Positions 12,417 through 25,322 of a DNA stretch of 64,000 bases are shown piece by piece; position 1 is the stretch's first letter; every line of letters starts with the position of its first letter. Origin of the DNA: Callorhinchus milii. Lineage: Eukaryota. The translations under genes and the position numbers were made by a program. The DNA lies in contig NW_024704742.1 of assembly GCF_018977255.1 (NCBI RefSeq), positions 34,536,001 through 34,600,000 of the forward strand. Direction: 5' to 3'. The notes below the pieces were generated by a model that was not told the DNA's origin, made no database searches, and saw only the letters and a list, made by a program, of their open reading frames with translations.

Positions 12417-13034
12417 CAACAACAGTTGCTTCTATTGTACTGTGTGTCTATGATTTCTGTAATATATCAATTGTTTTAATTATTTTTACTGCCAAATTTA
12501 TTAAAATTACAAAAAACTACATAAAATGTTATAGCACGGAAACAGGTTTTTCAGCCCAATTAGTTCACGACCCTGTTTATACTCCATATCAGTCTCCTTC
12601 CCTTCTAATCCTCTCTCCAAAAGCCCTCTCTCCAAAAGCCCTCTGTTCCCTTTCTCTCATGTATGCATCAAGTTTCCTTTTAAGTATGTTGATACTTTCT
12701 ATTGCACAGCTTCAACCATTGCTCCTACAAAAACCAATCAATTGTTTTGATGGTTTTGTATCACTACTGTCTCTGATTTCTGTTCTCTTTCTTCTCTGCC
12801 TGTTTCTCATGCCTGCAATTTTCACTGCTGCATTTCTAATCTTTAAGACTTTTGTATCTGTCAATCCTCCAGCAACATTTCTAGGTCTGTTTTTCTGCCT
12901 TGCTAAGTTCATTTTAATTCCTCTGGTTACCACACAGCATTCCAACTAAAAAATACAATAAGGAAAATATTGAATGAACTTGAAGGCAGAGAAGAAAAGT
13001 AAAGGCATAGGATACATTAGAATTAGACATAATA

Positions 13035-13240
13035 TAATAATATAATAATCCTTGCATTTGATATAGCACTTTTCATGTCGTCTCGACATCTCAAAGCGCT
13101 TCACAGAATATGCTGTAAAGTGAATTCATGTATATTTGTGGGCGAAACGTGGCAGCCAATTGCGCACAGCAATGTCCCACAAACAGTCGTGGATTGAAGT
13201 GACCAATTTATTATTGTTTTTTTTTCTTGAGGGATTATTA
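13035..13240 (-). mobile_element. Deu-type SINE, 5'-truncated
   Basis: Reverse complement of the family tail and Deu block. Confidence 0.9.
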
Positions 13241-13824
13241 CATACGCATGAGGGAGAAGGGAGTAGAAGAGTATGGGAGGCAGTAAATAGTGAATGGAGA
13301 CTCATGTGGGTTATAAATATGGACAAGTTGGACCAAATGACTGTTTCCATGCTGTCTAATTTATGTAAATCTATGAAAAGAGACAGAAATACGAAATTCA
13401 GGGGTGATTACCTGACAAATATAAAATAAAAGGGAGAATTTGATGGAATACAAAACCTCACCACCATGTTGCTGTTTGGGATATTTCATTTCCAAATTAT
13501 TTTCCTATCTGGCAGCATCTGGTTAGTTGGATTTTATTTTACTTCCTTCTGTCTGCTTGTCTGCATATCCCCACACCCTCTAGTCACAATAATATTTTGT
13601 TCCTTCCCTGTTGACCCTCTCTGTTCCACCACCTATTTTAAGTGACACGAGATCAAAACTATTTGGATAATTCAGTGAACCAGTTTTTACCTGTGGCAAG
13701 TCTCCAGAGTAAATATATATAATTTAACCTGTGGACAGCTCTGGGTGGAGTAACAGCAGTATGCTGTTGCAACATGTTAATTCTTGCTTTTGTTAACATC
13801 CATACAAACCCTAATATTTTTAAT

Positions 13825-14245
13825 TATAATAATATTTGTATTTGATATAGCGCTTTATCATGTCGTCGAGAAATCTTAAATGGATTCACAGGATAAACTG
13901 TAAAGTGATGTAACTGTGTATTTTGTTGGTGAACCTGACAGCCAATTTGCAAACAGCAACGTCCCACAAACAGATGTGGAGTGAGTGACGAATTGGGGAA
14001 TTGTTGGCCATGACACCAGGAGAAACTCCCTTTTCTTTTCAAGTTGAGCTCTTTAACATCCGCCTGCACAGGCAGCCGAGACCTTGGTTTAACCATCTCA
14101 TCTGAAGGACGACACCTCCGACAATGCAGCACATCCCCAACACTACAATGGAGTGCCAGCCTAGACTATATAGCTTCCAATTCCTGACATGGGGCTTGAA
14201 CTAACAACCTTCTGACCTAGAGTTGAGTGAGCTACCAACTGGTTG
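13825..14245 (-). mobile_element. Old full-length DeuSINE
   Basis: ctcatctgaaggacgacacctccgacaatgcagcac...ggggcttgaac...gagctaccaact. Confidence 0.85.
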
Positions 14246-14257
14246 ATACACATAAGG

Positions 14258-14610
14258 GGTTAGAGCACTCACCTCCCAAGCGAGAGACCTGGGTTAGATT
14301 CCCGGCACGGCAAAATGTTGGGCAAGTTTCCTTACTCCACGTGCCTCTGTTTACCAAGTAGTAAGTAGGAACCTGTTTGTTAGCCGATTCATGGATCGTT
14401 TTTCCGGGGATAATAATTCCTTTAAAAAATGTTTTAAAAATTGGTCATTTCAATCCACGACTGTTTGTGGGATGCTGCTGTGAGCAATCGCCTTCTACAT
14501 TTCGCCCACAAAATTTACAGTCAATTCACTTTACACTACATTCTGTGAAACCGCTTTGAGACATCTCAAAGACGTGATAAGGCGCTATATCAAAATGCAA
14601 GGATTATAAT
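14258..14610 (+). mobile_element. tRNA/Deu SINE, medium form
   Basis: Same modules as 6984-7339. Confidence 0.9.
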
Positions 14611-15042
14611 TGTTAGATTATTAGTGGCAGAATCTTACCACAAATGCCAATCAAGCCCGACTGCTCCATTACATATTTATAATAGATAACCAAATATATA
14701 ACTACATCTGCATTAAATCCTAGGCATGATTGAAGAAATAGGTATTTAGGCGGGATTTAAAGACGGTAGTGCGGGTGCCCCAGAAATTGGCCTTTTTTCC
14801 TTCAGAGGAAACCTGTATCATGCAGGAAATGACCTGAATTGCGCTCATGTGAAGTTTGCAGGAAGTGGTATCCATGGCAGTCTTATGAGTCAGAAGTCGT
14901 TATTTTTTGCAAATGATAAAAAGTGAAAAACAAACATGTAAATGGAAATCCATTTTCCTTGATTTGGAAAAGATTTAAAAATCTACTGAATATAATTTTT
15001 TTACGGATTAAAAATTGGAAAACTGGTGAATCTAAGAATAGT

Positions 15043-15463
15043 AGTCCTGTAGTATATTGGCTAGAGCACTTGCCTCACAAGTGAGAGGACCTGGGTTTGA
15101 TTCCAAGGCAGGGCAAAATGTTAGATAACTTTCCTTACTCCACACACCTTTGTTTGTCAAGCAGTAAGTAGGAACCCGGTTGTTAGTTGATTGGTGGATA
15201 ATCTGCCTGTTCAGGTGAACTCTAAAGAATCTATGGCATCAGTTGAAAAGAGAAAAGAGTTTCTCGCAGTGTCTTGACCAATCATCCCCCAGAAAAAAAT
15301 TTGGTCATTCATATCTTTACTGATTGTGAGATATTGCTTTGTGCAAATTGGCTTCTACGTTCATTTTGCTATACACAGTCATTACTCTTAACAATGAAAC
15401 TTTGTGCAGTGTTTTGAGGCATTTCAATGTCACAAGGTGACATATCAAATACAAGAATTATTA
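15043..15463 (+). mobile_element. tRNA/Deu SINE, long form (duplicate at 32304-32724)
   Basis: tRNA head, gtaagtaggaacc block, extra Deu block (ctgcctgttcaggtgaac...) and tail. Confidence 0.85.
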
Positions 15464-15944
15464 CTGAACTGATCCTACTATGTGGCTACCATCTTAAATT
15501 GATCAGAATAATTGATCAATGTTCGAATTTGCTTCATTGGTGGACAGAAATGGACTGAACACGGCAAATAAACATCCTTGAAAGGCTGATCTTGGAGAAG
15601 CTCGGAATATATAGAACTCAAAAGGAATCCAGGTCTTTTTCAATGCAAATCACTGTGTCAGCCAGAAATGTCACCCAACAGGTAAGAAAGCTACCCTTAA
15701 AATATGCCTAGAGACAAAATAAATCTCTCCAAGGAGTACCTGAGACTTAGAGACGCTTTTAGCAGATATTTGCATAGAACAAGAAAAGTTAAAGAGAAAT
15801 AATAATTATAAATAATCATTTCTTTGATTATTTCAGATTTTTTTAGAATATTTCATGTCAGAAACATTCAATGTAAATATTTCACAGGAAATATTGGAAT
15901 TACTGTGTATTTAGAGTCATTCAGAACTCTGAGGCTTCTGTACT

Positions 15945-16461
15945 GTCCCGCACCAGGTTTCGTGACCACATCACTCCCACCCTCGCTCGCCTCCACTGGC
16001 TTCCCATTCCCCAGAGGATCGAATTCAAGATCCTCATCCTCACCTACAAGGCCATTCATAGTCTTGCTCCCTCCTACTTCTCCGACCTACTATCCCCCTA
16101 CCTACCTGCCCGTACCCTCCGTTCCTCTGGCTCTGGTCTGCTCCACATCCCCCGCCCCAACCGCCCTACCATCGGTGGCCGGGCCTTCAGCCTCTCAGCC
16201 CCGAGGCTCTGGAACTCTATCCCCCAGTGCCTTCGCCTTGCTTCCTCCCTTTCCTCCTTCAAGGCCGGTCTCAAGACCTTTCTCTTTGACCGTGCCTTCA
16301 GCTCCCCTCTCGACTCTCTACCCCGTCCTCGCTCTCTCCCTTCCCTCCCCTCACCCTGACCATTTCCCCCCTGCTCGGGTCCTGACCCAACTGTCCAGCG
16401 CCTTGGGACGTCCTCCCAACGTGAAAGGCCCTCTATAAATGGAATCTTGTTGTTGTTGTTG
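15945..16461 (+). mobile_element. Young L2 3' end (duplicate at 33206-33722)
   Basis: ctccactggcttccc...ttcaagatcctc... with a (ttg)n tail. Confidence 0.93.
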
Positions 16462-17191
16462 TATTTTGTAAGCAAATAATAAAGCACTAATTGTATGGTC
16501 TGAGGAAAGGATTGGAAGATAGAAAACATTAAAATCTGGTTCAATTAGGACATTGGTTTTTGTTTAGAGTGGTTATAAATCCATCAATATTCAGTCAATT
16601 CACTTTACAGTGTATTCTGTGAAGAGTTTTGAGGTGTCTCAATGAAGCGCTATATCAAATGCAAGCATTATTGACATTTGATATAGCGAGAGAACCTGGG
16701 TTCGATTCCTGGGCAGGACAAAACTTTGGGCAAGTTTCCTTACTCCACTCCTATAGGCATTTAGAACTCAAGTTTGGAATCTCCTAATCATCTCACCTTG
16801 TGATTTATCTCATCTTCTCATCATCTATTGACTTGCATTGTGAACCTTGACCTTTCTCTTGCGTTTTATCAGTTTAAGAAGACTTTATAAAATATGCAGG
16901 CTTTTCAGTCCTCTGAAACTTATGATTGTTTACTTCACTCTCATTTATTCCGTAGTCTCACTGTGCACACTCATCTTTTTCGTTCCCTCCCTCGCTCATT
17001 CACTCACTCATTCACTACTCTTCATCTCATCAAGTTCTTTTTTCAGAGCACTCGTATTACTAATCTAACGCTTGATTCATTAACTTAATTCTGTGTCAGT
17101 ACAGAAATAAAGCTGGGGTGAACCTCTGATGAGTACAGGGTCATCCATGGCTGTGATGCCCACTGTGGTCAAATAACCTGCCAACACTCAC

Positions 17192-17248
17192 TGTCAGGTT
17201 CATATGTGACTGGTGGCACTTAGAGAGGTACCAGATGGTAATCAGCAC
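17192..17248 (-). CDS. Candidate exon VLITIWYLSKCHQSHMNLT, phase 0 to 0 (duplicate at 34453-34509)
   Basis: Acceptor ...cttacaattccacag, donor ACA|gtgagt, only one open frame. Confidence 0.3.
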
Positions 17249-17527
17249 CTGTGGAATTGTAAGATACCAGTGGAAGGAACAATAATTCACAGGAAAGAGC
17301 ATAGAGGAGAAAATTAGAATGAAAAAACATGTTGATCTGAAATTCAACACACATACAATTTTATCAAGTTTCGGTATAAGCATTTGGAATGAGGAAAGAC
17401 CTGAATTCAAACCAGTCTATGCTGGAAACTTGTATTTCATCAAATGCTCCTATTTATGCGAAGGCACAATATCAGATGCAAGGATTATTGTTACTATTAT
17501 TTAATGTGTCTTCAGTACTTTTAAATT

Positions 17528-18525
17528 ACTCTAACGGTTTCTCCTCCAGCCCCTGCACTGTCACGTCTGGCATCCCCCAGGGCTCTGTCCTTGGCCCTCT
17601 CCTCTTTAATATCTACATGCTCCCCCTTGGTGACATCATCCGCAGACATGGGGTCAACTTCCATATGTATGTGGATGACACCCAACTCTATCTTTCTGCC
17701 TCCACACTCAACTCCAGGACCGCTGCTGTCCTGACAGACTGTCTGTCGGACAACAAGTCCTGGATGAGGGCAAATTTCCTACAGTTTAATGTGAACAAGA
17801 CTGAGGCCCTCCTGATTGGCTCACGCCAGCGCCTCAGCACCTCAGGCTCTGGCAGCATCAGCCTCCATGGTTGCACACTACAACTCACCAGCCAGTCAGG
17901 AACCTGGGTGTCTTGTTCAACCCTCAACTGTCTTTTCTTCCCCACATCCAACCCATGACCCCTCTTCTTCCCTCATCTCCGTAACATCGCTCGAATCCGC
18001 CACTATCTCACCCCTCAGGCCACTGAAACTCTTGTTCATGCCTTCATCACCTCCAGACTCGACTATGCAAACGCCCTGCTTGTTGGCCTTCCCAACTCCT
18101 CCCTCCACAGGCTGCAGATTATCCAGAACTCTGCAGCCCGTGTCCTCTCCCGGACTAAACTCCATGACCCCATCTCCCCCACTCTCACCCGACTCCACTG
18201 GCTCACTATCCTGCAGAGGATCCAGTTCAAGATCCCGGTCCTCACTTACAAAGCCCTCCATGGCCTCACCCCACCCTACCTCTGCGACCTCCTAACCCCA
18301 CTACCAACCCCCCCACTCCCTCCGCTAAGCCGGCTCCAGCCTGCTCTATTAGCCTTCTTCAAGTCCCACCTCAAAAGCCTCCTCTTCGACCATGCCATTA
18401 GTCATCCCCCTTCCCCTCCCCTTCCTTCTCCCTCCCTGACCCCAGCTCGGGTCTGAAATGCTGTACACTGTCCAGCGTCTTGGGACGTCCTCCCAACATG
18501 AAAGGCACTATACAAATGTAACCTT
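17528..18525 (+). mobile_element. L2 LINE, RT C-terminal part and 3' end (duplicate at 34789-35785)
   Basis: [34 protein letters not shown] and 3' tail. Confidence 0.93.
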
Positions 18526-18614
18526 GAACAGTCTTTTTATCAGAAGCATGAACAAGAATTCGAATTTCTGAAGTCACTGGTCACTGTAGGGTAATATACA
18601 AATAATAATACAGT

Positions 18615-18825
18615 AATAATCCTTGCATTTGATATATTTGACATATTTTATCACATCGTTGAGAAGTTTCAAAGCGCTTCACAGAATATACTGTAAAGTG
18701 AATTGACTGTATATTTTGTAGATGAAATTGACTGCTGAATTTCACTTGACAGTATATTCTGTGAAGCACTTGGAGACATCTCAATGACATGGTAAGGTGC
18801 TATATCAAATGCAAGGTTTATTATA
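18615..18825. repeat. Two SINE tails joined head-to-head as an inverted repeat (duplicate at 35875-36085)
   Basis: A minus-strand tail (18615-18735) abuts a plus-strand tail (18737-18825). Confidence 0.85.
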
Positions 18826-19247
18826 ACACCGACCAGAAATTCAGCCCCAAATTTCCCATTTGCTAAATTTACAAAGCCTTGTTAGAAACTGTATGATAGA
18901 TTGTACAGTAATTTGCCTTTAGCAGATATAGGTACAAGATCCCTGTTAGACATTATGGAGTTATCCTGCGGCATTCATTTGACATAGAGGAGAAACTTTC
19001 TCTTTATGTTGGTTGGCACAGAAGCATTTACACTTCACATTTGCTTCACGTGTTTTGTGATCATTTTAGATAGCGATCAGATCATGTCTGCACTGCATTT
19101 CTGAGAAGTACCTTCGTGGTTTTAACTTTCCCTGTAATTACTTTACAAAGAGTTCTGAAAATCTTGGTTGAGAGTCCCCGTGTCACACATTCTTTGCCCT
19201 TCCACTCACTCAGTCTTCCCTCTATGTGTCACTCACTCTTCCCCCTG

Positions 19248-19418
19248 TCACCCACTCAGTTCCCCCTCACCCATTCAGTTCCCCCTCACCCACTCAGTTC
19301 CCCCTCACCCACTCAGTTCCCCCTCACCCACTCAGTTCCCCCTCACCCACTCAGTTCCCCCTCACCCACTCAGTTCCCCCTCACCCACTCAGTTCCCCCT
19401 CACCCACTCAGTTCCCCG
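19248..19418 (+). repeat. 19-bp minisatellite (TCACCCACTCAGTTCCCCC), about 9 units (duplicate at 36508-36678)
   Basis: Directly visible tandem units with no spacers. Confidence 0.95.
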
Positions 19419-19625
19419 TCACTCACTCATGCATTCCCCTACATTCAAACATTCACCCATTCACTCACTGGCTCACTTTCCTACGGTTGCTCACTCCCAT
19501 GCCCTGGGCTCGGGAAACCAGTGTACATACTCACTCCTTTTTGTGATGCAATAGAAGGTCAAGGCTGGGTCAGGAAAAAAGGCTGCACATGCACCTTACT
19601 CTTACAACTCAGCCAAGTCCTGCTC

Positions 19626-19676
19626 CTCTGTCCACAGCTCTCACTCTCTGTCCACAGCTCTCACTCTCTGTCCACA
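19626..19676 (+). repeat. 20-bp tandem repeat (TCCACAGCTCTCACTCTCTG), about 2.5 units
   Basis: Directly visible. Confidence 0.85.
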
Positions 19677-19905
19677 ATTTTCATTACATTACGCTGGTGC
19701 AGAGCCCGCATGCATCAAGACGTGACCCACCAAACACCAGAACCTGTCCAGGCAGATCCGCACCAAATCAATATCTTGCACCCAGTAGCTTCCGAGCCAC
19801 GATGTCCATGACCTGGCCATCAATGAAGCAAAATTCAATAAGGAAAAATGTATTTGGTTGGCCGACCAAAAAGATTGGCCACCGTTGATCTAGTTATGAT
19901 CCCAA

Positions 19906-20228
19906 GTGGAGTCCTGTAACTCAGTGGTAAGAGCACTCGCTTTGCAAGTGAGAGATCTGGGTTTGATTCCCGGCAGGGTGAAACCTTGGGCAAGTTTCCT
20001 TACTCCACACGCCTGATAATAATCCCTCAAGGAAAAGAAAATAATAATAAATTGGTCACTTCAATCCATGACTGTTTGTGGGACACAGTTGTGCGCAATT
20101 GGCTGCCGCGTTTCGCCCACAAAATACGCAGTCAATTCACTTTACAGTCTATTCTGTGAAGCACTTTGAGACGTTTAGAAGACATCAAAAGCGCTATATC
20201 AAATGCAAGGATTATTATTATTATTATA
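19906..20228 (+). mobile_element. Young full-length tRNA-Ala/Deu SINE, short form (duplicate at 37166-37460)
   Basis: Head with A/B boxes and TGC anticodon arm; (att)n tail. Confidence 0.95.
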
Positions 20229-22659
20229 TAATAAAGTACCAACATGGAGCTTAAACCCAGAATCGTATGACTCAGTAGTGCTGCCAAATGAGCTAAGCTG
20301 AATGTTGCGTGTAAGAGTTGTGCAACACTCTCATGAGTAACAGCTACACTACTTAGGTGAGACATCGGAGAATGAACAGCACCTGTAAAACTATAATCTG
20401 CCATGAATCAGCACAGTCGCGAGAGGAAAAAATCAGATTACCTTTTCTTACCTGGCTTTAAAAAAACACAAGAGTATTTTTTTTAGTATTATATACAAAA
20501 CAGATCAAACTGCAATAACAATAATTTGCGCTTGTAGCAGCACCTTTCAGGAGAAAGGTCTCAAAGTAGGTCAGGGGAACATCTCATAGCACTTCATAAA
20601 GACTGATGAGGAAATAGTGTGGGGAGGGAGTGAGTGAGTGGAGAGAGGTAGCTGAAGATAGATCGTTTGAAAGCAGAGGGAGTTGTAGGGATTTTGTAAA
20701 GGTGATCCAGAGAGAAGGGGCAATATGATTGAAAGCTCATCTACTGATAATTTGGTGGAGCAGGCAGAGAGCAGTCAGAGTTGGTGAATCAGAGGGTGTG
20801 GCTCAGAAAGTAGGATCACAGGAGATCAGAGAAAGGTTGTGGCAAGGTGATTGAGGTATTGAAAGTAAAGACAAGGTGTTTCTCTCTGCTCCACCTATTC
20901 AAGCTGTCAATTGAGGTTATACCTGAACTTGTGCCTTTCCTTTTTCTTTACTGGTATAGATGTTGCTCTATATCTCCAATCTACCAAATATCAGCTACTT
21001 GCCTTCAAGCTACTTTGCTGCAAATAGCAACCAGTTCTTAATATTGAAGAACAAATAGGAATATTTACATATAATGTGATCTCAAATTTCTGCTGTGTTA
21101 CATTGATAACATTGCAATTGTGAAACTTCTAACTCTCCCTCAGAAGGCTCTATTGATTCCAGCTCCTTAGAGGATCAAATTTAAAATCCTTGTCCTGATT
21201 TTCAATTCCCTCCATTGTATTGCTTCATTTTACTTGGCCCTTTGATTGCATCTTGAACCAGTTACTTCTCACTAGTATCTATTGTTCGCTTTCCATTCAT
21301 TTCACTTTATCATAAGTGGTTGAGCATTTATTCAGCCACCAATTCCTCTCCTCTGAGACACTCTTCCAATATCAGTTTGTTCTTCCAGCTGCCTTCAATC
21401 ACATCCAAAAGCATGTATTTGGTCAATCTTTTACATTGCTGCTTGATGTCCACCAGTATGGTAGTCAAGTTCTTGTGATGTTCCTTTACTTTAAAGGCAC
21501 TGAAGAATATACAAATGTAAGTCATTGTTTTGTGTGGTAAATCCAACATGTGAATTAAGCAAATTTGTGTTGTATAAATATGGCATCGTCATTGAAAAAA
21601 AAGTTTTTGTTTGTTTACAAATAAAATTGAACAATGTAACAACATAAGAGTGTGATTTTCCTATTTATAATAATAATCTTTGCATTTGATATAGCATGTT
21701 TCAGGTCAGGAGGACTTCTCGGGATATACTGTAATGTATAGTTATTGTATTATTGGAATGAAAATGACCTACAGCTCTTCCCTCCACAGACAAAAAGTTT
21801 CAAAATATTTTTTGTAAAGATATCTACCCACTCCCACACCCCACACAAAGAGTTACTTTAAAGAGATCCTGCTACTATATGCAAATTAGGGAATTTTATT
21901 CACAAAATGCTTTTGCTTTTTGTTCATTCAATTCTGATTAATTTAAAAATTCAAATCAAATTTTAATTCGACAAATATTGATCTGTACGTGAGGATTAAT
22001 TTTAGAGTTTCTGAACATTCTTTTATTTGCATTGGGTCATTTGGGGGATCTTGGCATTCACATTGAAGATTATAGAATCATAGCTTTACAGCACAGAAGG
22101 AAACCAGCCAATCTATCGTGTCTACGCCAGCTGAAAACTGAAAACTATCCCTTCAATTCCACTCACTTGCCCTTTTCTAATACTCTTTATTATTTTCCTT
22201 TTTCAAATTCTTGCCTACAATATATAGATACATAGCTCCTGTGGCTCGCTTTGAGATGTTCCTGGCGTGAAAGGTACTATATCAAATGCAAGGATTTACT
22301 TACATAATTCTGTTTTAAAACCTAATATGCATTTTGCTTCATGATTTTCCGAAGAAGATTTGAAGTGTTAACAAGCCCCTATGTAAGCAAAACTTTTCCA
22401 AACCTCTCCCTTCGTTTTTTGGGCAATGATCTTAAATTTATGCCCTCCAGTTACCGACTGCTAAAATTAGTTGAAAAAATGCAATATACTAATACAACAT
22501 TAAGGCTATCTCAGTAATAACTTAAAAATCTAGTCTTAAAAAACATGTCAAAGAGCTGGCAAATAAAAAAGGGCTACGCCTCTCACCCTTATCACAGGAT
22601 CTGTATAAAAAAGAAAGCAAAGAGCTATAATTATCTTCAGTACTTCAGCTGACTAATAA

Positions 22660-22942
22660 ATGGGGCATCATCTTAAAATTAGAGCGAGGCCAATCAGGAG
22701 TGAAATTAGTTAGCTTTTCACCCAAAAGGTAGTGGAAATCTGGAACTCTCTCCCCCAAAAGGCTATAGATATTGGATCCATTCACATTTTCAAGACTGAG
22801 GTGGATAGATATTTGTTAGGTCAGGGTATTAAGGGATATGGGGCAAAGGCAGGTAATTGGACTTGAGGTACACATCAGCCATGATATTACAGAATAGCAG
22901 AACAGGCTCAAGGGGCAGAATGGCCCACTCCTGTTTCTATGA
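22660..22942 (+). mobile_element. CR1 3' end (duplicate at 39890-40172)
   Basis: gtggaaatctggaactctctcccc...gaacaggctcaaggggcagaatggcccactcctg. Confidence 0.85.
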
Positions 22943-24582
22943 ATGAGTGAGAAACATATGGGTTTATTTACATAGCCTTTAATGGTTACTAGACCTCATT
23001 AGTCAAATAATTCCTCTAAGTAAATTATTCTATATCCTGCCTGGTAAATTCTAAAATAGATTTATTTGTGCTGCTTCTTATTCCTTTAGTCGGAACGCTC
23101 CTCATTCACTTATTAAGAATCATCTGGGTTACCATAACATTTTTCCTGTTAGAAACTTCTGGGAAAGTTGTATCATGAAAGAAGGGATTAGAGTTGCTTT
23201 GTAATTGACTCCCCATTACAAACATGCAATGTTCCAGAAATTAATCTGAATTGAATTACTAGGTTTTGTGGTACCAATCTTTCCCCAAAAAGGTAAAGTG
23301 ATAATATTTAAACAAAGTATTTTATTTTGCCAACACTCTGTCTTTTTCCCTTTCATACTAAAGTTGCTGACTTGGAATAGGATAAGAATAACAGTTGAGC
23401 CCTCTTCCTTCTCAACCACCATCCACAGATGTGCACTGTGTAACTAGTGTTCAGGAATGGAAGCATTACCTGATTTGACACTCTTCTATCTCAAGCCTAC
23501 TGAGGTCAATGGTAGTACTCATAAACCTGTAACTTTAGGATCTATTTGGCCTCATCCACCTTTTCCCATCAGGTCCATTGAGGTATTTTCTAATTATTTC
23601 TCTGAATTTTGTTTCCTTGAAATTACATTTATTACAGGCATGTGCTAAAATAGTCTCTAAAAATCATGAATCCTAGACGTGACAACAAGCCGATCAACAG
23701 AGATACAGAAGTTTATCTAATTTCAAATGCTTTTCAAATAAAATTCATCACATTTTTTTTCTTATCTAATTTGTATTTGTAATCTAATCGAAAACATGTG
23801 TTATGAATGGAATCAGTAGAATGAGGCTTAACAAAATCCACAAGATCAGTTGTCTGGTAGGTCTTATTTCTAAAGTTATCTAATTTTTTCTTGTTATCTT
23901 TCTTCTGTCCCATCTGTTCCCCTTAAAGCATTGACTCTGTTGTCCTTTCACTGGTCCAGGGACAAGATAGTTTTTCCATATTTCACCCAAGAGCCCATTA
24001 TTCATGTGTGAGCCTTGACAATGAGTGTTTGCAAACTGTTTAACTGTGAGGAGGGGGTGAGAGTAGAGTCATTCAACATCCATGCATACTTCCATCAAGG
24101 GTTACCATTGTTTTCATTTATAAAACTTATGGCATGTTTTCAATTAAGAAAAAATAATTTTAACAAATGTTTATGTTGCTAGAGGGCAGGAATGCTGAGC
24201 TGATTTGTTTCCTCCTCTGGGCACTGAGACCAATTGTAACAGGCCTTCTGGTCCCAGATGAGATGAGTGAACTCAGGCCAGCTCACGATCCCACCTGGGA
24301 AGTTTCCCTTCCAATGGGCTTGGATTACCCATAGAATAAACACTCATGTTTTCATGCAGCGTTGTATGATGTCTCAATGAAAAGTGGATTTTGTTTCTTC
24401 CGTTCTATACAGTATTCCTATTTTACTGCTCTCTATCGACAAGAGTGTCACAAAACAGATTAAATGCTAACTGCATTTGGTGGTGAGATTTTATCCGAGG
24501 TACAGTCTATTGTCTATCACAATAGAGACTTATAGTAACTTGTAGTAACAGTCTTGCTTGCAATATTACTTCTTATTATGAT

Positions 24583-24757
24583 AAAACAGAAAATGCTGGA
24601 AATGTACACCCGATAGTTAGCATCTGAAAGAGACAAAGAGGTTAATGTTTTGGTGTGTGTCCATTCCTCAAGTGAAGAGGTGCCTCTGGAACATTAATGC
24701 ATCTTTCTCTTTCAGATACTAGCCTGTCTGCTGTACATTTCCAACATCTTCTGTTTT
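24583..24757. mobile_element. Palindromic Penelope-type terminal-repeat remnant (duplicate at 41813-41987)
   Basis: aaaacagaaaatgctggaaatgtaca ... tgtacatttccaacatcttctgtttt inverted arms. Confidence 0.7.
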
Positions 24758-24889
24758 GATCTTTGTGAAACTACCCCCATTCTACATAACACGTAGACCG
24801 GTTTTACTAGAAGGCAGTATGGCTAAAATGACAGATTAACATTTCTATGCTTGCCTTCCTCATACTTCTCTCAGTTCAATAAAATTTAC

Positions 24890-24949
24890 CTTCAGTTCGC
24901 CAACAGTGATACGATGAGTTCTTCATTGGAATCCGGAATAAAATGAGAT
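24890..24949 (-). CDS. Candidate exon xLILFRIPMKNSSYHCWRTE, phase 1 to 1 (duplicate at 42120-42179)
   Basis: Strong acceptor ttttttgttttattgttag, donor AAG|gtaaat, one open frame. Confidence 0.3.
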
Positions 24950-25107
24950 CTAACAATAAAACAAAAAACTATGCAGTGGCCAGCACTCAAAAATCAAAAG
25001 CAGTTTTTTGTTTATTTCCAATATTCTAATTTCACAAAAAATTGCTACGAAAAGGAACCAAATTTACTTTTTTTAAAAACTTTTCTTTCTCCATAAACAC
25101 AAGCCCG

Positions 25108-25322
25108 CGAGGTTTGAAATTCCATCTTCATATCAATTTTTTCTTAAAATTTAAGATTGTGCAGTATTTGTGGAAAATTCTTAAATTTAGTTTTAATTGG
25201 GAAGGTTTTTTTAGAACTGTGAAAAACAGTCTTCTGAATTAGGTCTGAATGTAAGATTTTTCCACAACTCTGCATAAATCTTAAATTTAAAGACCTAATG
25301 GTCAGAGTGGAATTTAGGACTC
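25108..25322. mobile_element. Old foldback MITE (duplicate at 42338-42552)
   Basis: aaatttaagattgtgcag...gtggaaaattctta pairs with taagatttttccacaactctgcataaatcttaaattt. Confidence 0.65.

Noticed and set aside
12332..12949. 205-aa hydrophobic membrane protein ORF
   Set aside because: Stitched from antisense L2, a CR1 3' remnant and pyrimidine-rich low-complexity DNA.
15824..16544. 204-aa and 148-aa ORFs and their duplicates at 33085-33805
   Set aside because: Off-frame or antisense readings of an L2 3' end.
19248..19418. CRISPR array, or a Pro/His/Ser-rich protein (ORFs 19116..19811 and overlapping)
   Set aside because: Contiguous 19-bp units without spacers in eukaryotic DNA; the ORFs exist only because the minisatellite lacks stop codons.
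19906..19980. tRNA-Ala(TGC) genes here and at 8224, 49395 and 57860
   Set aside because: No complete acceptor stem, and each continues into a SINE body, so these are SINE heads.
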